From: Antedon mediterranea
Lineage: Eukaryota; Animalia; Echinodermata
NCBI RefSeq assembly: GCF_964355755.1
Contig: NC_092672.1
Coordinates: 36,028,437 to 36,092,436 of the forward strand
Direction of reading: 5' to 3'
Length of the DNA stretch: 64,000 bases
Shown here: positions 39,501 through 52,706 of the stretch, piece by piece
Layout of the letters: each line of letters begins with the position of its first letter
Position numbering within the stretch: the first letter of the stretch is position 1
Notes under the pieces: generated by a model
Database searches by the model: none
Told to the model about the DNA's origin: nothing
What the model saw: only the letters and a program-made list of their open reading frames with translations
Made by a program: the position numbers and the translations under genes

Positions 39501-42500
39501 TTCGACCTAACAAGTCCCCAGCGAATTTTAACAAATCCTCGCTAAAGAGATTATTTTAAGTTTGTTTATAGAAAATGTTTAACATTGTCAATCATGTTTA
39601 AGTCAATACAAGAATACAGAAATAAATTACATTAATCGAATTTTTGGCCTACTTGGATTTTAATGAGTTTAAATTTAATCTTTGGTAACCGACGAATCGA
39701 GATCATGATTTAAGAACTTTAGAGAAAAGCATAAGTCGCGTCATTAAAGCACAAGTCGCGTCATTAGGAACGCTTTCAGTTAACCAAATCGTGATTCGTT
39801 ACGATTTAATTATTTCTTTTCTTAAGAATTAAGGACTGAATAATAAACTGCTTACTTAGTTACGTAATATCTCTCTTGTTTAATTATACGATACTTAATT
39901 ATTTTAAAGTAATTATTTATGATGACAACGTTTGATATTGTAATATAAAAAGAAATGTAAAGCTTGGTTCCTCCCAGTGAACGCAACGCAAAGACGAACT
40001 GTAAAAACAACGCATTGAGTTAACCAATCATAAGCGGCAGTATGAATTATCATGGTTGTGATTGGTGAAAATGCTTACCTTTCCCTGCGAAGTTGCGCTT
40101 GTTTCCATGTTGCGCTTACGTTTACCTGCGTTACGCTTGTTTCCATGCGTTGCGTTTACGTTTTCTTGCGTTGCGTCCAAGTTGGAACCATAAATCATAC
40201 TTTAGTTGGTAACATGCTTATGGCTGTTATTATACATGGCATGACCCTTATTCAGGAAACGCTATTAAAGGACCTTAAACTTAACGTAATGTATTATTTC
40301 TCCTGTACTTTAACAGGAAATAGCAGTTATATTGCTATACTATTATTTAGCATTAACTCGTCAAACATTTGCCCAACCCCCAACTCATCCCGGGCCCCTA
40401 GGGATCGATTTAGTGGACAACGAATGTCGTCTGATTTGTCAGCAATTCCATCATCTATACCTGCTGCTCAAAATGTACTTTGTTGAAATAACAGTTGTAG
40501 GCAGACATATCTTATGTTAAACGTTGTCAGTTTAAACTTGTTTTTACTTTTTAACGAACAAACTGAGCATGCGTACTAGATTATTTTACTTCTTTGTAAG
40601 CCCGGCCTAGACTTATATATTATATAATATTTTCTTGAATATTTTTTTTAATAGAGAGACATTTAGAAACGCCATTGTTAATATTTTTGTTTTGTTTTCC
40701 AAATTATATTTGGTAAATGACTGTATGTAACTAGGTCAGGAAACATATGGTGCCCTTAATTTAAAAGTACAGTTGATGACGTCGCAACACCCTATTGTCG
40801 GTTCTTTTTGATTTAACATGTCGACACTAATCAGAGCTAGAAATAGAAGACATATACAAACTATTATACAATGTTAAAGCTACAACTTTCATAGTTCTTA
40901 ATTAAAAAGATAAACTGCATTTTACTTATTTATTTGACCAACGCACATAAATTAGAACAATACAAACCGATATACGGTAACAAATGCGACAAAATATAAG
41001 TATTTAAAAAGTACTGATAAAATTGTGTTCAGATAAAAAATGTGAATTTTAAGTAAAGATGTAGATGTAGATGCGGCAATTAATATATTTAATTATTTAT
41101 TTTTTGCAGACAATACTCAACTCGATGCATAAGTACCAGCCTCGTTTTCATATCGTTAAGGCCAATGATATCCTCAAGTTACCATGGAGCCAGTTCCGTA
41201 CCTTCGTGTTTAGAGAGACCGAATTTATAGCTGTTACAGCCTACCAGAACGAGAAGGTATGTAGATATCGGTATTTCCAAATGTTACATAGGCGCCTAGC
41301 TTAATTTAATGAGGGCATCTTTTATTAGTGGGTCTCATTTTTTAAAGGGAATAGAACATGGCGACCTTGAGACGGGGGCTTGATTCATGTGTTAACAGCT
41401 CTAGTTGTTGGCTGACCTACAAAATGACGTCTTAACTCTGTCAACCATCTCCTCGTGTGGACACACAGTACTCATTAGCATCTGTTTGTTATGTTGAACT
41501 CTGATGTTAAACCACCTCGTATTCTGCTCCTTCGACTTGCTTTTGATAAACCAGGACGGTTGTCTCCGTCCGGCCGCATTCCGCCGCATCCGGTGTCGCG
41601 GCTTTTTGGTAAATTCCACCAGTCAGTAAATAATAACCGCTCTTGTGTTTAGTATTTCATTTTTTTCTTCGCGTGTTTGCATTTATGATGTTCTTGGGAG
41701 TTGGGATACATAAAATAAGAGTTATTACAAAGTACACGAAATAAACACGATTACAATGTATTTGTGTTAATTAGTAACACCTCTTGTGGCTCCACAGTGC
41801 GGGGGTGTTTAACACCAACCAACCTCTTGTGTCTCCTCCTTTTAACACCAACCAAAGTTAAATGTTAAATAATTTATGAAGATGATTGATAGTAGAAGAC
41901 GTTAGTTTAGTAAACGCACCGTCTACAGTAATACAGTTGATTCAACGATTTATCGAAGTTTTTTTTTTTATAGGAAAGGTCACTCCCTTTTTAAACAAAC
42001 CTTTGGTTAACTGCGTAACAAAATTAGGATGATTTTTTTGCGAAAATTGTTACATTGCATTAACAATAAACCTCCCACAACATTGTACTTAAATTGACAA
42101 TTCTGAGAATCGTGACAATGAATCTTTGTATATTTTAATATTTAAATTACAGTAAATTATAAGTCCGGGTTGTTATTAACTCTCACACAAGTTGTGATAA
42201 ATTAACCCCGTACCCCGTAATAAAATTTGAATCTTGAATCTACTATGTCTCTCAACACACTGTAGGGTAGTACACTCAGTTTTGAATATATTGGCGCCAG
42301 AAAAAATAATAAAAAACAATTTTAATTATCTGTCCGATATTGTAGCACAAGAATGAAGGAGTAGAGGATTGAATTGTTATTATTTGAGGACTATATCCAA
42401 TGAATATAATCATTGCTACGTGCCATAAAGGCATTCGTTTTGGTATACAATATAGTAACAACTATCGCCTATTCTCACGTACAAATTAACGTTTTAATAA

Positions 42501-45500
42501 CAGTGTGTTGAGTGTTGATGTTATAAAACATCCAACGGTGTTAAAACTGCAAATGGTTCGCAAGTAGTCATCCTAAAATGGACACACATCATTATTTGAT
42601 TTCTTTTGTGTCTTAATTCTTTGTGATGAGTTGAAAATCTAAATTGTTTTAATTAGGTCATTGTTCACAAGTTAAAATATATGTATGTTAATTTTGATCA
42701 AGAAACACATTAATAACCACAGCTTAGCGCTTGTTGATTGACATTAATTAATGCGCAGAATAACAGACTTTTGGTCGCCGGTAATTAAATCACATTCTTC
42801 TAAACTGTAAAAGCAGAGGGGTATTTATTTCATTGTCATTTATCCTTTTACTATGGCAGTTTTATTGCGTTTTTTTTGTGTTACAAATAATGAACTCGAC
42901 GATTATGTAAAAAGACATAATGCTCTGATTTCTTGAACTATGACCCTAAAAGTGTTATAACAATTTAATAAACCTTACGGGTGTTTTTAGAATGCAGTTT
43001 TAAAATGCCCGCTAGTTGTAATTGACACATCATTCATCAATAGACAAATCGTATGTGAAGTTTGACAATTTAAAGTTTACGCGATACGAATGTATTTATG
43101 GGTCAAAGTTCAGATTACACTTTGGTAGCCTACAATATAAGCATAATCTTAAACCCTTGAATATTTACTTTTACTATGTTTTTTAAAAGTACATAATCTT
43201 TCTGTTTGAGTTTGGTTTATCAGATCGCATCGAAATAAAGTAGAAAATAGAGTGTGATTTACTTATTGTAATTACAAATAGTAAACACTTGAAACGATCA
43301 TGAGGGCAGAAGGTTTTAGATTACGATAGGTTAATTGACAATTTTTATTTTTACGATAAACATTTATCGAAAATAAACTCATTAATTCAAATCCGTGCAG
43401 ATTAAATGTTGAGAAATGATAGGTACTTGGTGTGAGTATTTTGGTAGATTATTATTTTTTTATTTTGATGATTTTCTGCTTTCTCGTAATGACGCTGGCG
43501 CCTGAGTCGCGTGGTTTTCAATCTGACATAAATAGGCGGGAAGAAACTAGCAATGTATCGTCTGCAAAATACATGAATGGTCGATGGTCCTTCACAGAAG
43601 GCAATAATATCGCCATATTTGCTTTACTTAGTTGATTGTATCTCAATTTCTTAATATGGCGGATTATGCAACGTTCGGTATATATCCCCTTCAAGACCGT
43701 AACACGCTCGAGTAGAGGGGTTTAATAACCCTGGCTGAAATGTTAACCACAGCTAATGAATATTCATCATATTATTTTCCATCAAGTATGAGTTGAAGTG
43801 GTTGCCAGAGGATTTATTATATAATTCCCAATATACTTAGCATGAGTGAATAGATGTATAAGTGGAATGGGTTAAATGGCCTGTTATAACTTAAACGGTA
43901 GTTAACTGAACGAATGCGTAACTTTAAATTAAATCGTATTGATTCTAATTAAAAACAAATTTATTTAAGAAGCGTATTCAAGCTCTTCAGATTTTGAAAT
44001 GTAATATGTTTTAGACCTACATTTTAAGTGATAATATTCGGCCATCTGTAAACGACGTTAACAAAGCGATAACTCGACGGATACAAAGAAACAACCACGT
44101 TAACGTTTTCTTTAAAATAAATTGACAGCCATTTACAATTACTTTATTACACACCACGTGTGGTAGGCCTATTGATATTACTTTATATACTAAATTTAAC
44201 TTTTTGACAATTAAACTAATCGATGAATAAATGTTTGAGAAGGTTCATCGCCAATAATAAATTGATTTGATTTAAAGATCCGACTGTTTGTGGCATTTAA
44301 TTTTATTTATAATCTTGTTTTATTTTTTATTATTTCAGATAACGCAATTGAAAATCGATCATAATCCGTTTGCGAAAGGTTTTCGTGATCAGGGATCCGG
44401 CAAGCGAGAGAAAAGGTAGGTTCAAAATAATACTTTATAATGAAAATTACAACACTTAAACACAAGTCGAGGCGTTTTATTCAATACGTTCTTGAAATGC
44501 ATAAAATGCCTTTAAAGACCTTTCCTAAAAGTGTTACCATTTATCTACATACGATACAGAGAGTACGTTATTTTATAGTGCTCATTTATATTTCATGAAG
44601 GATGATTTCTTTTGATCGCTGTTATTGTTATGGTTTACGGCAGTGACGAGTGATACAGTGCCGCCGCGGGCAAACTTATCGTCTGCCGTTCGCTAAACTT
44701 CCTACTTCAAGGCGGGTAATAAGTTCTTCGTGCCTTTCTGTGGATTGTTCTTTTAAGAAAAGCGTGAACTGAATAAATGCTTTCTCGCTTCATCGTTTTC
44801 TCGACGATTCACAATAATTGTGACTGTCATAAATGTTAATTTTCTTCACCGTTCGATAGATGACAAATTGGTCGAAAATATAAGATAGACACTCTGTTGT
44901 TTTTAAACGACAACTAAGTGGAGTGTCGTCTTGTGTATGACCTCAACTTGACATTTAAAACGTTTCTTTAGAATAATAACATTTAAAAAAATATCTTCGT
45001 CTTGTTCAATTGGATTTTGAAGGCTCCATTTATCTCAATGATTATTAAGAGACGCGTGTATGTTAGTTGTAGCGTCACCATTTATTAACGTTATACGTTA
45101 CTAACCGCTAAATACAATAACAATAGCAGTTTAAAATGTTAGAAAAATAGATACTGCGAACAATTTAAACAGATATTAAATTAAATATCACATAAAAGAA
45201 GACGATTGCTGTAATTTATGACTCTTTAATAGTTCTTCCGATTTATATAAAAAAATTGCAAGTACAGCTATTGTTGAAGCAAGGAGAAATTAATGAAGAC
45301 CTCACAATGTGCAGTATTATTAAAAACAGGTGTTGCCGGCTGAATCTTAAAAAGAACGGCGAGCGAGTTTGTTAAAATTTAACCTTAGCGTTGTACTTTT
45401 TAGTTAATGGTGAAATCGATGGGAACAGAAGAGACAAATTATCACGTTTACTACCCCAGAACGACCCCTTTTATACTCGTTTTAAAACCTCTGTTTTGAG

Positions 45501-47910
45501 CGTGAATGTAGATAATAAAGCAAACGAATAAATGACTCCGATTCTGTTATAGATAATTTACAACAATGTTTTTTACTACCGAGGTGTTTGGTTATACGAC
45601 GATTTTAAAAAATAAAATGATAAGCATTCTTTTGTTGTATAAGCGTTCGAGCAAGACACACGCGGTCCTTAACCTTTTCAAATCCTATCCGTATTGTCCT
45701 ACCTTAAATGTCGATACAAAATTAAAATCTCTGTAGAGAAAAAAAGATATTGAAGAGTTGTGAATTGTGACAAATCAAAGTGTGGCGCTTTTGTGTCGTT
45801 GATTACCAACCAGACGCTTAGAGTCTATGATCTGTGAAAAAATACATTACTTATCGTCGATATTATTATTACTAAAGATCTAAAATGGACTAGTCGATTA
45901 ATCGCCAAGAACGGTTGCAGTCTAAGTCAAATGCTTAATGAAGCTATCGTATAGAAGAACTGTCAAAAACCAAATTTACCATGATTTGTTTGCTAATTGT
46001 AAAATGTCCCTTGTGTCAAATTTAATCATGGATGCTATTAGGAACGATGGGGTACGACGTATTTTCCCGCATTTGTCTTCTCTCTTTCAGTCTTTTGAAT
46101 CGAATTAAAAAATCAATGAAAAGCGATGTAATCTTCGCTAGATTACAATGTGGGGTTCAATAATGTTCTAATTTTCGCCCCAGGGTCTGATAAATCTCCG
46201 AGTGCATAAAACTAACAATATCGAAAATGGTATTGCCAAGGGAGGAATGTTCTCGTCGCATTTATCTAGAAATGCGTTTAATTCTGTTATTGTGTCGGCT
46301 AATGATGTGTAGTTAAAATTCTATTATGAACATCAAGTTAGAGACACTTAGCTAAAGTTAATTACGCGCTCGCTACTCAGTTACTAATGATTTGGAGAAT
46401 AGAGATAAAATACGTACAATTGAAAATTATGGACTTGAAACGAAGACTAATTATCTCGCGTGTTAGTTAACTCTTTGCTTACATAAAATGGCGTCATAAC
46501 CTTTTCATTCAATTCCATCTTTCAAAATTCCTAACGATAAAATAAAGCCAGGCAGCATTGTCTGAGAATGAAAAAAAGATATTGATAATACCAATTTGTA
46601 TTTTTACGTTAAAAACATTTATTTAAATGTATTTTTCTTTGTTTCAGAAGATATCAATCCACGGGTTTCGATATGGAGTCTAGAGATCATCAAGACGGTG
46701 AAAGTGATACAGAACCGGAAACATCCGAAGTTAGCACGACAAGTAACGAACGCCATGACGAACCCACGAAGCACACACCTCATGGTAAATACAAATTTAA
46801 TTTCTATTTATTTACCAAAAATTTTTGGTATATAGTTACTCTATAATTGTAGTATTTTGGATTATAATATTTTGTACTAGTATTTTCTTTTCATGAAGAA
46901 TAACAAATATATTTTATATTTAATTTTTTTTTTCTATTTTTTTTACCCAAAATATTTGTCATATACTGTAGTTACTGTATAATTGTAGTATTTTGGATTG
47001 TAATATTAATTTTATAATTTTATTTTCTTTTTCAGAAGGAATAACTATTGACCATGATAATGGAAAGAGCGAACGAACGATAACAGAACAAATGAATGAA
47101 AAAATACACCATACTACGGACATTAAAGACACCGAAATGCACGAAGTAACAAAGGACGATGATGATAATAAATCAGAAAGAATTGATAAAGAAGAAGAAT
47201 CAGAAAAACAAACAAAGAAAACACCCGAGAAAGAACGCGATTGTAGTAGTTCAACAAAAGACTCTAAAAGATCAGAAATTAAAAGACCGTTTTTAGATGA
47301 TGATTCCAGCACGGTTAATTTGCGAAGGAATCTGTTTCAACCGCCACATTCTTCTCAACATTCTGCTGCAATGGCGCCATTTTATGCCGGAGCACATCCT
47401 CTTTTCCTGCATCATCCAATGGGATTGACAGCGGCAAATGGACTTCCAGGCTTGGGAAGCATGGCTCATCTATTACCTTTTGTGCCAACATCACTCGGAC
47501 ACTCTCATACACCTCACCCTTGTTTAGATCCTCAATTCGCTTTTAACGCTCAAAGCCAGCTCGGTGTTTACGCCGATCATGCTCTCGGTTCGGCGTACTC
47601 AGCTAACCCATGCGCTGGTGCAATATTGAACAACCCAAGATTTAGATTTTCTCCCTACTCGCTAGGACTTGGAACGAGTATGCCCTCGTCTGTCAGTCCA
47701 CTGGCAACATCATTAGCTTATGAGAACATTTTACGATCAACGAGCCTTGCTGCCAGCCATTTAGGCCTAGGATCATCGTCTCCGATATCTAGTAACTCGA
47801 GCGCGTCAAACCTCACGCCATCTGCGCTAAGCTCGGCGACAAATGAACTACAGAGCATTCAGAAAATGGTTAGTGGACTGGAAAAACGTGAAGTTGTAAC
47901 TCCAAAATAA
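30222..47910 (+). CDS. tbx2/3: T-box transcription factor Tbx2/3 (omb/TBX2/TBX3 subfamily), 6 coding exons: join(30222..30583,34163..34430,41110..41256,44339..44415,46648..46784,47036..47910), 621 aa
   Basis: Spliced exons give a full T-box ([28 protein letters not shown]...[28 protein letters not shown]...[15 protein letters not shown]...[28 protein letters not shown]). The N-terminus [20 protein letters not shown] and the C-terminal motifs RFRFSPY and [14 protein letters not shown] are typical of Tbx2/3. Exon lengths 362+268+147+77+137+875=1866, divisible by 3; intron phases 2,0,0,2,1 join correctly. Confidence 0.95.
33235..33430 (+). repeat. ~113-bp tandem duplication in intron 1
   Basis: GTTCCTCAACTG(A/G)TATGACTTTAA...AGCATATTATAGTTAGTTATATAGATAT occurs twice. 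Confidence 0.8.
34163..34430 (+). CDS. tbx2/3: Tbx2/3 coding exon 2 (T-box)
   Basis: tttacAG|A CGT ATG TTT CCG ([20 protein letters not shown]...ISDKHGF)|GTAAGT at 34431. Confidence 0.96.
34625..34685 (+). repeat. 19-bp tandem repeat x3
   Basis: (AGTAACAAGGCCTATGTCC)3. Confidence 0.9.
39961..40190. mobile_element. MITE family B in Tbx2/3 intron 2
   Basis: TAA-AGCTTGGTTCC...AACGCAACGCAA...AACCAATCATAAGCG...TTGTGATTGGTGAA...TTGCGTTGCGTCCAAGTTGGAACCA. Confidence 0.75.
41110..41256 (+). CDS. tbx2/3: Tbx2/3 coding exon 3 (T-box)
   Basis: tttttgcAG|ACA ATA CTC ([49 protein letters not shown])|GTATGT at 41257. Confidence 0.96.
44339..44415 (+). CDS. tbx2/3: Tbx2/3 coding exon 4 (end of T-box, basic NLS-like stretch); absent from the ORF track
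   Basis: tatttcAG|ATA ACG CAA TTG AAA ATC GAT CAT AAT CCG TTT GCG AAA GGT TTT CGT ([25 protein letters not shown])-AG|GTAGGT at 44416. Confidence 0.95.
46648..46784 (+). CDS. tbx2/3: Tbx2/3 coding exon 5 (acidic linker)
   Basis: Polypyrimidine tract + cAG at 46645-46647. Phase-2 entry reads [47 protein letters not shown]|GTAAAT with no stop; the phase-1 exit matches exon 6. Confidence 0.8.
47036..47910 (+). CDS. tbx2/3: Tbx2/3 coding exon 6 (C-terminal region, stop TAA)
   Basis: ttttcttttttcAG acceptor ending 47035. Long open frame with RFRFSPY and [18 protein letters not shown]; stop TAA at 47908-47910. Confidence 0.9.
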
Positions 47911-50900
47911 CGATACAAAGTTAAACAAAGTGGTTACATTTTCCTAGTATGCTATATTCGCTACAACTCATGATGAGAAAGCCAGCCAGTGGAATGTAGT
48001 GTGGAGTCATTCGCTGGCCTGGACGAGTCGTCTGCTGGCGGGCCAAATCAGTTTTGCTGACTGTATAACGTACATCAGAAAAAAGTATAAAATGGTGCTA
48101 GAAAAATGCTAATTACGTTTACAGAGAGGGATCGTTATTAAGAGTATTTTATGTTAATTGTTTTTTAATTAATTGTTTGACAATTAAGATATAATATTCA
48201 GATATTTTATAAAAACATTTATTACGTTTAAATACTCGGATCGATGACGTATCATCCTCTGTTGTAATTGGCTGGTTTAGGTACAAACTGATGACGTAAT
48301 TTGACTCGATGATAATTATGGTCTCAGAGGAAGTAATAATGAAATTGTTGATTTAGTAATATATATGAGTGACGTAATTAATGATTGGAGTGACTTACTT
48401 TATAGGATTGAGAGCTAAACACAAAAACAATAGATCGAATTTTGTTCGGTTTTATTTACAATCTAGAATGTTGGTCGTCTGATTCAACAAACCAGTGCAA
48501 TTGATAACATTTTAAAATATGTTTTTAGTCAAAAAATATCGTTTGGTAAAAAAAGACAGGATCTGTATGTTATTGGGTCAAACGAATGGTTAGGTGTTCG
48601 GGAACCATCGCTGACGTCAACTTGTGGGTAGGTGGCGCTACCACAATCAAACAAAGCAGTGATCATCGAACCCCCTTCGCTTTCTCTACCCTATTTGTGT
48701 CTATATTAAAAAGCTGTATATAATGATAAATATTTATGTATCGTTCTTGTATGATAGTAAAGCAGAATTAAACAGACCTATTTATATGAAAATACAAAAA
48801 AAACGACAAAATTGTAGTTTAGCCATTTTTAGAAAACTTGTATAACAAACATTGTTTAACGGGCAGAAAATCTTTCTCAAAAACAAATTTAATATAATTT
48901 TGCGTTTTACTGTTCTGATGACGTCACCAATCTATACTCTATAGTATATCAATACATGTGTATCTACCTCTCACTCCTACAGTGATTGGGACCTGCTTTT
49001 TCATCTCGTATGGCTTTATACAATTATATGTCGTGACATAGTATTTTATTTTATTTTTTTTTGTTTATTTCAAAGTTATTATTGAAGATTTTCTCAAACT
49101 CTATAACAGAAAAATGTTTTTAAATACAAAATATCTCTGAAATGGTTATATTCTCATTAAAATGAGGTTATTATGAAAATAATCAATGTGTAATGTGTTT
49201 TGTTTCAAACAAACCGAATGAAAGAAAATTATGAAATAATGATGTTTTTGTGGTGATGATGATGATGATTATGATAATGAATGATGATTATGGTGATAAT
49301 ACTTTAATAATTGCTGATGATAATGACGACACAAACAACTATAGCTATGGCAAATAAACAAAATCGCACTGCCATAATTATTAATTACAACAGTAAATAT
49401 TATTCAATAATTATAATTAATACGCGCGCGCGTTTTGATGACGTCATAATGTGCGTATTATCTTTATTCAAATGTTTCAATACATGAATGTGATGAAACC
49501 AACCAGTAGCCTATTCCGCCGTTCATCTGTAACACAATATTGATTCGTAATATGAAGAGGTAATGTCCATAAGAATGAAATGCCTGCTGGCAATAATATG
49601 AATCATGTATTTAATCAACATATGACCCCTTCGGAATGTCATTACACATATAAAATGAATCACTAATCGTTCAAGCTAAACATCATAGGTCACTTATAAA
49701 GAAATTACCCCCAGTGATCGTTTCCTGCGAAAGTAGGGGAAATCCAATTTGTGGGTTGATTCGTGTCTGTTTTCTAGGATTGATCACGATTTGGGCATTT
49801 AGTTGGCTTATTCGATTCTTGATATTTCTCCGGTGAAGGCCTATCGGTTAGATCACGAGTATGAAAACTCCGGGGTGCAGGAAGCTAAATGCTGGTGATT
49901 TGCTTACAAGTTGACTCCCAACCTAGGGGTGGATTAAGGAGGCCTGGAGGTGAGACACTCCTGTCAATTGGCTCCTAAACCGGAATACGGATTACGGAGA
50001 CCTTGATGTGACATGTATCAGTGGCGTTGGACTGGGGTAGAATGGCCTTGGGGTGTTCTCCTCATGATGTTTACCCCAAACTCGGTGTGGATTCAAGATT
50101 ATGGATGACACATATAATGATATTCGATTATTGAACTATGTGATAAATCCCTAACACGTCGTGCATATTAAACCTATAGGCCTACACTATACTTTCTATT
50201 ATAATATTCATAACATAATTTGTAATCTCACATTCATCATACATTTTATAATTTCATATACAAAGAAATGATAACACGGCTGTTGTGCGATACCCACAAC
50301 AAATTTATATAATTTTGTTTTAAAAAATGTTTATTATATTCTTTCCATAATATCGATATATCGATAATATCGATATATTGTATCCATTGTATTCATTAAG
50401 AATTTGTACATGGAATTTTCAACCTGCAGCTTTAACAAGCCAGTAAAACGAGCTGCAGAACAGAAATGTTTGTATCCGCATATAATTTGCATACAGGTAC
50501 GTATCTACGTTACACATACATCTTAATAACACCCACATGACTCGAAGGTGAGGGAAAGAAAAGGAATGGCACAATGGATATATTATTGGTATGTTAGTAA
50601 ACTTTCAAAAACAGTTTTCATTCATTTCTATATTTTATAAATACGGCATAATTTAAACACTGTTGTGTATTGAATAGATAGAAATATGACTGCAGAAGAT
50701 TCGGTCAAGCAATCTAATAGCAATAAGACTAAGAACATTTTTTCCTAAAGCACGACGAGCTGCGCACAACACTGGGCTTAATTCATAACAATGAATCCTA
50801 CCAAAGCAGTCAAATTATCTTCATTTATAGGCTAGGCTTAATCTTTTCTACATTTTTCGGGGAAAAAAGAACCCTACAGACGTGGAGTATAACAATTAAG

Positions 50901-52471
50901 AGCATGCAACTAAAGGCTTAATTCATGCAAATTATTTTCATCTAGGCTAGGTCTAATATTTTCGTCTTTCTCGTCCCATTTTGCGGGAAAAAGAATCCTA
51001 CGGACCTGGAGTATTGCTATAAATGTATATGTATATGTATAAATCAATCCCTACATGCGTACCATGGTAATTAGTTCGTATTTGCAGCTCCTGTATCAAA
51101 TATATTTTAGAGTTATAGTTACAGATTATATAGCTAGAATTATGTCTGTTTGAATGTAATGAAATTTAGACAGCGTCCAGACAGCCTACATGCCCGACAA
51201 CAATAAAGAAGAATGTATCTTGTGATGACACTACGGATGAATAGACTGGCAGGGTTGTTGTTAAGTGTTACAAGAGGCAAAACGCTCGATTCTCGTCTTG
51301 TTAATTCAATAAGAAGTTAATAGACACTTGATGTAATATTATATGGATGTTTTGTTCTTTTTAATACGTCTTTTGATTTGGTTCGAGACTAAATGACTGA
51401 AAATATGCAAGCAGAACTGAAGAAGAGGCAGTTAGCGATGTGTCAGTTAATTTAAATAGCGCCTCTTGTATTCCGCCAAGCGAGGAACAATAATTGAACG
51501 AGAGTTAAATCGAACGCGATTGTGTCAGGATTATTAACGGAATACGAGCTGGCACGAGTTGCCGATCGCTCGTGCGGTCATAAAATCTCAATAGATTTGT
51601 GTTTGGCGTTTTCTTTTTTTAAAAAACCAAGTAGTCGTAAAATATATTGTGTAAGAGAAGTCGATATCACTTTCGCAACCTAAAACAGGCCATTATTTTA
51701 TAATTCATAAAAACAACTCACTTAAAAACATAAGATAAAGTTTACATTTACGACGGTAACAAAAAGCACAAATCTTATATTCAATGTGTCCATCTTCTTT
51801 AACAATATTCGTGTAATCATTAGAAAAACGGGTATTTGTCTAAAGCGTATAATTCTTATTAAATGTAGAGTTTGTAAGAGGGTTGATAACCAATACAATA
51901 CAAGCAAATTGATATCTTACAAACAGAGACCCTTCCATACTCGAACATTTACGTTTAAACCGTTGCTAATTATGTACGGTAAGCCTACGACTTTATGTAG
52001 GCCTATTCGCTCGTCAATGGGCCTACCATCGATAGGGGCCTACGAAATGTTTAGGCCTCGTCAAATAGGCCTACCTTCTTTTATATCACCGTCCGTCGAT
52101 GTGCCTCGCGTTGGTCAAGGGATTGATGACTAATGTCATCAGCAAGTTCGACTCCGGACGAGGTTAATGTCCGTTTTACCATGTTCTCTTCAATTACGCG
52201 GCGTTTGTGGATACACATAATCGACGTAAATTACTTAGAACATTATCAATCTCATCGAAAAACCATTTTATATAAAGAAAATCCATTTGTGTGTTTAGTG
52301 ATCTTACAACTTTTACGCAAGCAAAGCACGTTCACGTTTAAAAAGCTTACCAAAGAGTACTTAGGAAATAGCATCGTTATTAACATGAAGAACAAGTCTT
52401 TTAAAACACAAACATCCATGAACTCATCATCCTGATATTCTAATTTAATTCAAATGTGAAGCAGAGACACA

Positions 52472-52706
52472 ATGATGTCATATCACTACCATGTTTGGGC
52501 ATATCACTACCATGTTTGGGCATATCACTACCATGTTTGGGCATTATCACTACCAACCATTTGGGCATATCACTACCATGTTTCATATCACTACCATAAT
52601 TATTTGGGTATATCATTACCATATTTGAGTACATCCATACTATATTTTGGTATATTACTACCATATTTGGACATATCACACATTCTTTTATAGTGTAGAC
52701 AGAGCT
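52472..52706 (-). mobile_element. Partial MITE family A with an expanded 21-bp internal minisatellite (~9-10 units)
   Basis: (CATATCACTACCATGTTTGGG)n ending in TIR ATAGTGTAGACAGAGCT followed by TTA. Confidence 0.75.

Noticed and set aside
40052-40486. 144-aa ORF in intron 2
   Set aside because: Begins inside a family B MITE; no recognisable domain or splice context.
41071-41109. In-frame 39-nt extension of exon 3 resembling the mammalian TBX3+2a isoform position
   Set aside because: The upstream TAG (41068-41070) has no polypyrimidine tract, and the extension is itself the T-rich acceptor tract; unsupported without RNA data.
46596-46835. 79-aa ORF overlapping exon 5
   Set aside because: Wrong frame: splice phases require the frame reading [12 protein letters not shown].
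46959-47512. Antisense ORFs over exon 6
   Set aside because: Shadow frames of the Tbx2/3 coding strand.
52440-52693. ORFs with KHGSDMP / YHYHVWA repeats
   Set aside because: Translation of the 21-bp repeat inside MITE family A.
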